Of a DNA stretch of 64,000 bases, positions 56,591 to 64,000 are shown one piece after another. The DNA is from Candidatus Micrarchaeota archaeon (GTDB lineage: Archaea > Micrarchaeota > Micrarchaeia > Micrarchaeales > Micrarchaeaceae): assembly GCA_021827525.1 (NCBI GenBank), contig JAKAVJ010000013.1:9191-73190 (forward strand), read 5' to 3'. The notes under the pieces were generated by a model. The model was given only the letters and a program-made list of their open reading frames with translations. It was not told the origin of the DNA and ran no database searches. Within the stretch, counting starts at the first letter, position 1, and the number at the start of each line of letters is the position of its first letter. The translations under genes were made by a program, and so were the position numbers.

Positions 56591-57583
56591 TCATGCGTCT
56601 TGCAAGCCCATGCTGCTTATCTGCTTGCCTAGGTTCCTGAAATCTTCCTCTATCTTGGGCATGTTCGACTTGATCCTCACAGCTGCAGCGGGATGCAGGC
56701 TCAAGAAATAGCTTACGCCGTCCTTCTCGAGCATAGTGCCATGGACCGACGATATGCTCTTTATCCCTAGGACTTCCTTCGCAGCGACAGCGCCGAGAAG
56801 CACCACCAGCCTGGGCTTTATTATATCGATCTGCCTGTGCAGGAAGCTCCTGCATGCCGATATCTCCTTATCAGTAGGGATGCGGTTCTTCGGAGGGAAG
56901 AACTGCACAACGCTCGTTATGTACGTGTCTTCCCTCTTCAGCCCTGAAGAGCGTATGAGCGCGCTCAGCAGCTGGCCGCTCCTGCCTATGAAGGGGCGGC
57001 GCTCCGCATCCTCTTGCGCTCCAGGCGCCTGGCCTACGAACATCACCTTCGCGTTCAGCGGACCTTCGCCCGGCACGAAAACCCTGCTGAGGTTCCATGG
57101 GCTTATACTGCTTGGCAGCGACGAGTATTCGGCATTGAGCTCCGACATCCTGGCCTTGCGCATTATATATTCGTATGCGCACTGGAGTACGCCGATCTGC
57201 CAGCCGCTTTTTATTGCGTCCAATGCATCCCTATAGCTCATCCATGCATACCCTGTGTGCTCATTCGATATTATGACCTTCGCAGCGCTGCCAACTTCTG
57301 CGATGAATACTGTGAGCTCTTTCTCTTCCTTTTTTCCTTTGCCCGCATCTATCTCGTATACTGTGCTGCACCTGAAGTATCGGTCTATGCTGCCGGCGAG
57401 GTTGAGTCCCGATTCTTCGAGTGCTTCCCGCAGCGCGGCTTCCGCTTTGCCCTCACCATTTTTGATATGGCCTTTGGTTATGTCTAGCCAGCCTTCCCTC
57501 CTTTTCAGGAAAAGGAACACCGGTACGGATTTATTCATCTTGTATACAAGCATACCCGCATCGTGTTGCAATGTTGTCACCAT
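56591..57583 (-). CDS. NUDIX hydrolase fused to a family-4-like uracil-DNA glycosylase
   Basis: Nudix box GHIKNGEGKAEAALREALEESGL; UDG motifs GQAPG, PFIGRSG, PPKNRIP, HPAA. Confidence 0.88.
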   Translation of the reverse strand: MVTTLQHDAGMLVYKMNKSVPVFLFLKRREGWLDITKGHIKNGEGKAEAALREALEESGLNLAGSIDRYFRCSTVYEIDAGKGKKEEKELTVFIAEVGSAAKVIISNEHTGYAWMSYRDALDAIKSGWQIGVLQCAYEYIMRKARMSELNAEYSSLPSSISPWNLSRVFVPGEGPLNAKVMFVGQAPGAQEDAERRPFIGRSGQLLSALIRSSGLKREDTYITSVVQFFPPKNRIPTDKEISACRSFLHRQIDIIKPRLVVLLGAVAAKEVLGIKSISSVHGTMLEKDGVSYFLSLHPAAAVRIKSNMPKIEEDFRNLGKQISSMGLQDA

Positions 57584-57617
57584 TGGATAGAACCCTATAT
57601 CGGAATAAGTCCTTATA

Positions 57618-59177
57618 TCATTTCCCTATTGAGCTGAGTATATTGTAGCTCGAGCAAAACATGTCCGAATAGGAGGTGCCGCGGAGATGGAAGAAGTTGT
57701 AGACGCCTGACTGGAAGTAGTTTATGGCGCTTATGTTGTGACTGCCAGTCGCGCTGCACTGCGACTCGTTAGTAAGGTCCACCTGCTTGAACAGCTCATA
57801 CCTTAGCGTGACCGCCGTGCCATTGGTGTAGTACGGTATCGAGAAGTAGTTGACCACAAAAGTATGGTTCTCCGATATCACTGTGCCTGTGTGCAGAGTT
57901 ATGCCGTTGTTGAACAGGATTGCACTCGATCTCAGCACTTTGCTATACGCTATATTGGGCGCGCCGGTCTCGGGCTCGCGGGTATAATTGACAATCACGT
58001 ATGTGAGGTTGCTCGTGTTCTTAGAGGACCCCAAGGAAAACGCGTAATCCGCACCTATGATACTCAGCTCGGTCACGTTCTGCCTGGAATTCGTCAGTAT
58101 GGATAGCACACCCTCGCCCAGCGCCGCATAGTTTACCGTTGTGCTGCTGTTGAACGTGTATGCAGAGGGGCTTATATACCCAGAATATGGAAGGGTGATT
58201 GCAAATGCAATTACACCGAATGCAAAGGCGAATGACGCCGGAACTGCATATGCACTTGCAGCGATGCGATTTGGAGAAGGCTTGCTCCTGTGAGATGCCC
58301 TGTGTTCATTTCTCTGTGCTTTTGGGATCTGCAGGCCGAACTTGTACGCTATGAGCATCATGATTATTATGGTCGCATAGAATATTATCTGCCCTATGAA
58401 CAGGTGGACCGTGGATATGGCAGTGCCTATCCCATAGAAAGCCCACACAAGTGCTATTGAAAACATCCTCAATATATTGAGAACAAACATCAGCGCTATG
58501 CCGCTTACCACCCATAGCGCCTTCCAGCCGGGCTTGCCATCGTAGAGGTAGGCTAGCGGAAGCAGGAACATGAACAGCGCTATGAATGCCCCTATGTCTG
58601 CGCAAGTAGATGCTATGGATATGGTCCCTGTTGAAGCACCTATTATCTTAATCCCGTCCTGGACTACTGACACTCCTGCGAGGCGCAGCGTGTTGAACAC
58701 AACGCCCGCATTGAGCATTGTGAACGATGCGTCCAGGTTTGTTACAGGCATGAGAAGCAGCGGCGAAGCAAATAGTATATAGAAAAGCAGGAACTTCATC
58801 CTCTTCAGACCAGGAGTACCGAATACCGCGAGGATTATGGCGGCGAGAACGAATATGAACAGGAATGCATCGACCCTGTAGCTCATGAAGATGAAAGACA
58901 GAGCGACCTTGGAATATGAAAGCAGTATTATATAGGCTACGAACACAGCAGAGGCTATGGCGAGGTCGGCCCTCCTGAGAGTTACCTGGAGCTTGTCGTC
59001 CTTCATGTAGAATATTATAAACAGAAGCGACATCAGCATTACTACTATCACGTAGGTCATGGGATTGGTGTCGGAAACCTGGAACTGTGTTATGGACAGG
59101 GAGTTGGCGATAGCGATGACAAACGCTGCCAAAACTATGAGCAGCCCTAGCAGTCTAATCTTACTCTTCTGCAACAT
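57618..59177 (-). CDS. Exosortase/archaeosortase-family transpeptidase with a C-terminal ectodomain
   Basis: Multi-TM; catalytic-triad-like IASTC, LNILR and TVH. Confidence 0.8.
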   Translation of the reverse strand: MLQKSKIRLLGLLIVLAAFVIAIANSLSITQFQVSDTNPMTYVIVVMLMSLLFIIFYMKDDKLQVTLRRADLAIASAVFVAYIILLSYSKVALSFIFMSYRVDAFLFIFVLAAIILAVFGTPGLKRMKFLLFYILFASPLLLMPVTNLDASFTMLNAGVVFNTLRLAGVSVVQDGIKIIGASTGTISIASTCADIGAFIALFMFLLPLAYLYDGKPGWKALWVVSGIALMFVLNILRMFSIALVWAFYGIGTAISTVHLFIGQIIFYATIIIMMLIAYKFGLQIPKAQRNEHRASHRSKPSPNRIAASAYAVPASFAFAFGVIAFAITLPYSGYISPSAYTFNSSTTVNYAALGEGVLSILTNSRQNVTELSIIGADYAFSLGSSKNTSNLTYVIVNYTREPETGAPNIAYSKVLRSSAILFNNGITLHTGTVISENHTFVVNYFSIPYYTNGTAVTLRYELFKQVDLTNESQCSATGSHNISAINYFQSGVYNFFHLRGTSYSDMFCSSYNILSSIGK

Positions 59178-59282
59178 TGAATTTATCCTCGGCCGAAATG
59201 GGCATCATCACTATTCAGTAGTTACTCTTCTCTTCATCGGACATATAGATATTTAGGCTAATATTAATATAGCTTCTATTAT

Positions 59283-59723
59283 ATGCGCGCTAAAATTGGG
59301 TATAGGTATGTTGAGCACACTGCAGATGTGAAATTTGTAGCTTATGGCAAAGGCATTGAAGAATTGTTTTCCAATTCTGCAATGGCGCTCTTTAATATCA
59401 TGGCTGACACTTCGTGTGTAGGTGCGCACGGAGGGAACGGCAGGATTGCCAGGATAAGCGTGCGGGCTGAAGATGAGGACACACTGCTTTGGAGGTTCCT
59501 GCAGCGCTGCCTTTCTGCCCTGGAAGTTCGCGGGGATTTCGCATACGGCATAAGGGGCGTGCGCTTTACAAAAGGCAGGGAGCTAAGGCTGGAGTGCGGC
59601 CTTGAGTGCAAGGATATGGCAGTGGAATGCTCTAAGCTCGAGGCGAAGGGAATATCAAAGTACGACCTTGCCGTAAGAAAGGGCAGGGCAGGCTATTCCG
59701 CAAGCGTGGTGGTAGACGTCTGA
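59283..59723 (+). CDS. Archease (RtcB cofactor)
   Basis: YVEHTADV, ELFSNSA, AKGIS, C-terminal VVVDV. Confidence 0.92.
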   Translation: MRAKIGYRYVEHTADVKFVAYGKGIEELFSNSAMALFNIMADTSCVGAHGGNGRIARISVRAEDEDTLLWRFLQRCLSALEVRGDFAYGIRGVRFTKGRELRLECGLECKDMAVECSKLEAKGISKYDLAVRKGRAGYSASVVVDV

Positions 59724-59731
59724 ATGGACGT

Positions 59732-59802
59732 AGCCAGGAGAGGGAATTGAACCCTCCTACACCGCTCTGCAGGCGGTTGCATAGCCAATCTGCCATCCTG
59801 GC
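59732..59802 (-). tRNA. tRNA-Cys(GCA)
   Basis: Acceptor GCCAGGA/TCCTGGC with U73, anticodon arm ACCGC-CTGCAGA-GCGGT, T-loop TTCAATT. Confidence 0.95.
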
Positions 59803-59875
59803 GCGCGCTTTTCATATATCTTTTAGTGCGGTATTTATATTTTGCTTTGCAAATCGATATTATTAAGGGGATTGC

Positions 59876-61039
59876 ATGAAGGACTATTTAATAGAGGAGT
59901 CACAAGCAGGCTTGCCTCAGGAACTGATAACAAAGGTAGAGTACATGGACGCTAAAGCGCCCATACAGCAGGGGCTGTCAATGCTCAAGAAGTATCCTGC
60001 TGTGCTGGTGAATAAGAACGGCTCGTATTATGGCATAATGGATTCGAGGAGCCTGTACAGCACAAGAGGCAGCTTCAAGTTCTCGAAGAATCAATCGATA
60101 GAGAAGTACACCGCAAAGGTGCCTTCTATAGACGACAGCATGCGCATAGACGATGTGATAACCGCCTTCTATACATCAAAGGCTAAGGCGCTGCCATACG
60201 TTCTGAAGGGCAAGATAATGGGAGTGCTTGACAGGAACACTCTTGTAAAGATAATATTGTCGCTGGAGCTGCTCAACGACCAGAAGGTTTCTGATGCTAT
60301 GAGCACACCCGCCGTAGCGGCGAGCGATCAGATATCGCTCTCGCAAGCGAAATCCGTTATGGAGGACAACAGGATAAAGAGGCTTATAACTCTCCATGAT
60401 AACAAGTTTTCGGGCTTGATAACCTATTTCAGCCTGCTGAGCAACTACTACACCATCGACGAGCGCCTGCCGGAAAAGAAGACCGACAAGTACATGCCGA
60501 GCTCGATCAGGATAGCTGACATCATGGAGAAGAACCCCATAACCGTGAGGAATGATGTGGACCTCGCCTCCGCGGCAAGGCTGCTGGCAGAGAACAACAT
60601 ATCATCCCTGATAGTCACAAACAAGCAAGGCATGCCTGTAGGCATACTCACGGTTACGGACGTGCTCGAAAACGTCATAAACAGGAGGAGGCTGGAGGAG
60701 AACAGGATATTCATATCAGGCATAGACAAGACGGTAAAGGAGTATGAGCCTGAACTGAGGGAAGGGCTCAAGCAGCTGTCGCAGCAGCTTGAGAGGGTTA
60801 AGAGCATAAGCATACAGTACATAGCAATGAACATCAAGAGGACGCGCGGTAACAGGTACGATATAAAGGTTCGCGTTGCACTCAAGAACGGCGGCACCAT
60901 ATCTGTGAACGTCGCGGATTTCATACTGGAGCGCACATTCAATGAAGCCCTAGACAGCATAAAGAGGGACGTCATAAAGGCGAAGGAGCGCAAAATCGGC
61001 CTCAAGAGGCTGGATGTAGAAAATGATATGGGTGAATGA
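59876..61039 (+). CDS. Tandem CBS-domain protein with a C-terminal HPF/RaiA-like domain
   Basis: Four CBS-like repeats (e.g. VSDAMSTP, IADIMEKNPITV, VGILTVTDVL); the last ~110 aa show a beta-alpha-beta-beta-beta-alpha pattern. Confidence 0.8.
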   Translation: MKDYLIEESQAGLPQELITKVEYMDAKAPIQQGLSMLKKYPAVLVNKNGSYYGIMDSRSLYSTRGSFKFSKNQSIEKYTAKVPSIDDSMRIDDVITAFYTSKAKALPYVLKGKIMGVLDRNTLVKIILSLELLNDQKVSDAMSTPAVAASDQISLSQAKSVMEDNRIKRLITLHDNKFSGLITYFSLLSNYYTIDERLPEKKTDKYMPSSIRIADIMEKNPITVRNDVDLASAARLLAENNISSLIVTNKQGMPVGILTVTDVLENVINRRRLEENRIFISGIDKTVKEYEPELREGLKQLSQQLERVKSISIQYIAMNIKRTRGNRYDIKVRVALKNGGTISVNVADFILERTFNEALDSIKRDVIKAKERKIGLKRLDVENDMGE

Positions 61040-61042
61040 AAA

Positions 61043-61519
61043 ATGGCAATAGGTGCAGGAAGGGGCTGCAAGTCCCAATCAAGCCTGGAGCTGCTCATAA
61101 CGCTATCCTTCGGGCTGATAATATTGCTGCCCATAGTAGTGCTCGCCTTCATACAGATATCGGCTTCCACATCGACGCTATCGACAACAGAGGCGCAGCA
61201 GGTTGCAAGCAAGCTTGCATCGGTCGCTTCAGTGGTGGGATCGCAGGGATCCCCAGCAAAGGAGGTAGTATCAATACAGATACCTCCTGACGTTCAGGCG
61301 ATAATGGTCGGCACGCCGAGCGGCGGAGTGGGCCACGAGATAATATTCAATGTGAGCACGAACGCCGGGGTAAGCTTCATAACGGCTTATACCTCTGTGA
61401 ACGTGAGCGGCAACCTTGCCAACATAGAGGCTACAGCTACTTATCTGATCAATGTGAGCGCACAGGACGCATGCCCGAGCGACGCGGCAGTGCCGTGCGT
61501 CTACATACAGGAGGAATGA
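61043..61519 (+). CDS. Class III signal peptide (type IV pilin-like) protein
   Basis: KS/QSSLELLITLSFGLIILLP: basic residue, Q+1, E+5, hydrophobic helix. Confidence 0.85.
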   Translation: MAIGAGRGCKSQSSLELLITLSFGLIILLPIVVLAFIQISASTSTLSTTEAQQVASKLASVASVVGSQGSPAKEVVSIQIPPDVQAIMVGTPSGGVGHEIIFNVSTNAGVSFITAYTSVNVSGNLANIEATATYLINVSAQDACPSDAAVPCVYIQEE

Positions 61520-61531
61520 CTGGGGCAGCGC

Positions 61532-62182
61532 TCACAGCCTCAGCGAATATATGTGCCTGTAGAGCTTCTTACCCTTCTTCATGCCGTAAAGCGTGTAGGA
61601 CCTCTCAGGCTTGAGCTTGTAGAGCGAGAAGAAGTATGACACGAGCTTCTTGTCGCTTATGTATAGGTCGTATCCCGAATTTATCCTCTCCTTCTTTGAT
61701 ATGAAGGCGTTGTTCCTCTCTATGTACGATTCCATCTTCTTCAGCATCCTCTCGACCAGAAACGTGTCGCCCCTCAGCTGCACCAGCGCCTCGTAGTACC
61801 CTGAGACCTTCCTGACGCAATCCCTGCACATCCATTTCCTTATCCTCAGGCCTATGCGCTTGTCGAACTCCACGGTGCTGCCTTCTACAGTGCACTTGAA
61901 CCGGAGCACAGCGTCTGTCTTGCTGTATGATACGACCTTGAAATCGCAATCAGGGGCCTTCAGCACAGTCTTGATGGCTGCGGTGAGCGCGCTCTTCGTA
62001 AGCTGGAAGTTGTCCATGCCTACGCGTATCCGCTCGCAAGACTTGCATTGGTACACTTCTGCGCTGTCCGGTATCTTGCGCTTGAGCCTGTCTATGGTGC
62101 AGTCCTCGCAGAACTCGCCGATGAAGCGTATATCGTCGCTGGACTTATTGCATATGGGGCAGTGTATGGCCATCTCGACCAC
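61532..62182 (-). CDS. nmd3: NMD3-family protein
   Basis: CPIC, CEDC, CKSC, CRDC and GYYEALVQLRG. Confidence 0.88.
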   Translation of the reverse strand: MVEMAIHCPICNKSSDDIRFIGEFCEDCTIDRLKRKIPDSAEVYQCKSCERIRVGMDNFQLTKSALTAAIKTVLKAPDCDFKVVSYSKTDAVLRFKCTVEGSTVEFDKRIGLRIRKWMCRDCVRKVSGYYEALVQLRGDTFLVERMLKKMESYIERNNAFISKKERINSGYDLYISDKKLVSYFFSLYKLKPERSYTLYGMKKGKKLYRHIYSLRL

Positions 62183-63754
62183 CTAACCGAAGTGCTTGCT
62201 CAGTATGGCGCCGTATGCGGGCCTCGTTATTAGCACGCCGAGCAGAGCACCGATTATCGTAGCCTCTGAAAAGCCTATCACTGTTACCATGGAGGTTGAG
62301 AAGAACAGGGGCATCATCGCCATTATGAGCAGAAGCGCATCCATCCATATGATGTAGAACGCCTTGCTTATCAGGCCTTTTGCGGTAGTCTGCTCGCTGC
62401 CATGGGAGAGCATTTCGTCAGTTATTATGATCTGCGCATCCACACCAGTTCCGACTACCGCTATTATGCCCGCCACAGCCGCGAGGTCTATGGTGCCTAT
62501 CAGCCCTATTATCGACGTTATGACGAATAGCTCAGCGAAAGTCGTGAGCAGTATGGGCGCGACGAGGAACATCTTCTTGTACCTGAGCGTTATGAATATT
62601 GATATCGCGACTATCGCGACAATGCCTATGATGCCGCTGACTACCAGTGACTGCTTGCCCAGTGTGGGCGATACCGGAGAAGGAACACCGGGTATCACGG
62701 CTATTGGAAGTGCGCCGCCGCTCAGTATGCTCGCTATTGTCTTCTCCTGGTCTGTTGCATAGCTAAGCTGGTCGCTCTTGGGAAGCGTCAGAGGAGCGAC
62801 ACCGGATATCTCATAACTGTCGCTGACATTGCCAGTGGTGAGAGAGGGGTTGAGTATGGGAGCAGAAAGCAGCCCTACAAGCCCCCAGCTCTCTACTATG
62901 GTCTCGTTCGTCGCTATTGCGGTGAACTGGGGTGTCATGTTCGCATTGCTCTCGAGGTTTACCGTGCGGTTTGTGGCCATGAGATAGTCTATGAGGCTGC
63001 GGTTGAGGTTGTAGCTTGCATATATCTTTGTGTATCTCGGATTCGATGCCACGAACTTCTCGGCGCTGGCTATGCTCGCATTCGTATCTGAAACTGATAT
63101 GACAGGTATCGTCTGGTTGCCTAGGACAAGGGCGGATTGTATCATGCTCAACGCCCTGCTAGGTGAAAGCCCCAGGGATGAGTTGCCCAATATCGAAGAA
63201 TTTATGAGTATAAGCGCATTTGTCGGGCGGTCGAGGTACATGTAGAGCGGCTTGTTGGCCTGGCCGAACACGGCCTTGGCGAATGTGCTCATCGATGGCG
63301 CAGTTATGAAGAACTGGACGGCCCACGTATAGGTATTGTTGGCCAGCTGCGGCGATATCGAGCCTATGCTGCCCTTGAGTATATCTGACCCGTTTATCGC
63401 GGACGTGCCGTTGACAACGCCAACGAAGGTCCCCTGACTCTGTATGATGCTTATCGTGCTGTTCACATCAGCTTGCGATACCGAAGGTATCGTCACGTAT
63501 ATGTTCGAATTGCCCACTCCTTCTACCGTGACCTCCTTCAGCCCGAAAGTGGATACCCTCTGCTGCAGGTCCGCGATCATAGTGCTCATCGTTGTGGCGT
63601 TTGCGCTGTGCTCCAGCGACACAGGTATGAGCGTCCCTCCCGCAAAGTCTATGCCGAAGTGTATGCCGTAATGGACGTCGAGGAGAGCCAAGGCTGCTAT
63701 TATTACTACAAGTATTATTATCTTGTAGTCCTTCATATATGCTTTAAGGCTCAT
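62183..63754 (-). CDS. secD: Protein translocase subunit SecD
   Basis: FGIDFAGGT, LSGGALP, SPTLG, IDLAAVAGIIAVVGTGVDAQIIITDE, ITRPAY. Confidence 0.93.
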   Translation of the reverse strand: MSLKAYMKDYKIIILVVIIAALALLDVHYGIHFGIDFAGGTLIPVSLEHSANATTMSTMIADLQQRVSTFGLKEVTVEGVGNSNIYVTIPSVSQADVNSTISIIQSQGTFVGVVNGTSAINGSDILKGSIGSISPQLANNTYTWAVQFFITAPSMSTFAKAVFGQANKPLYMYLDRPTNALILINSSILGNSSLGLSPSRALSMIQSALVLGNQTIPVISVSDTNASIASAEKFVASNPRYTKIYASYNLNRSLIDYLMATNRTVNLESNANMTPQFTAIATNETIVESWGLVGLLSAPILNPSLTTGNVSDSYEISGVAPLTLPKSDQLSYATDQEKTIASILSGGALPIAVIPGVPSPVSPTLGKQSLVVSGIIGIVAIVAISIFITLRYKKMFLVAPILLTTFAELFVITSIIGLIGTIDLAAVAGIIAVVGTGVDAQIIITDEMLSHGSEQTTAKGLISKAFYIIWMDALLLIMAMMPLFFSTSMVTVIGFSEATIIGALLGVLITRPAYGAILSKHFG

Positions 63755-64000
63755 CTCAATACATCCCTCTTCTTTTTATACCAGAGCACGAACACAGTGT
63801 TGCCGAACCATGTGGTGAATATGTCGCCGATAAGGCCGGCGAGCACCACACCTGCTATCTCGAAATACGTAGGTATGAACGCTATGTATGATATCACGAA
63901 AAGTGCAGAAAAGACTATTATTGCTGTCGAAGTCATCGTCAGGCCTGTTTTCATCGAGCCAAATGCCCTCGATTCCGGGGTCTCCTCGCTTCTCTTGAGT
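63751..64000 (-). CDS. secF: Protein translocase subunit SecF (C-terminal part; truncated by the window edge)
   Basis: MKTGLTMT...GLIGDIFTTWFGN...LWY; overlaps the secD start. Confidence 0.88.
   Translation of the reverse strand, partial: LKRSEETPESRAFGSMKTGLTMTSTAIIVFSALFVISYIAFIPTYFEIAGVVLAGLIGDIFTTWFGNTVFVLWYKKKRDVLR

Overview
A gene-dense archaeal chromosomal segment, most likely from a DPANN Micrarchaeota-type genome. That assignment is inferred from the archaeal MCM, histone, TopoVI-B, SecDF and archease genes, the bacterial-type grpE-dnaK-dnaJ, and tRNAs with T-loop BHB introns. Housekeeping content includes a heat-shock locus, mcm, RNase P RNA, a histone, argS, class II lysS, nnr, Sec61beta, ychF, top6B, nmd3, secD/secF and five tRNAs, two with introns at position 59/60. 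Accessory content includes an AT-rich surface-protein islet bounded by a duplicated tRNA-Glu 3' end, an AbiE-type toxin-antitoxin pair after tRNA-Leu, and several GT-C/GT2 glycosylation genes with a carbamoyltransferase and a radical SAM gene. The main finding is a ~16.7 kb, 16-gene, minus-strand cluster (32372-49115) resembling a chromosomally domesticated type IV secretion/Ced-like envelope machine. It has a VirB2-like pilin, six tandem paralogous VirB6/CedA-like membrane proteins with pilin-like N-terminal hairpins, two paralogous membrane-anchored coiled-coil proteins, a VirB4/HerA-like ATPase, and a stand-alone copy of that ATPase's C-terminal domain. No relaxase or integrase is visible in the window. 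All protein family calls come from motif recognition by eye; no database searches were run.
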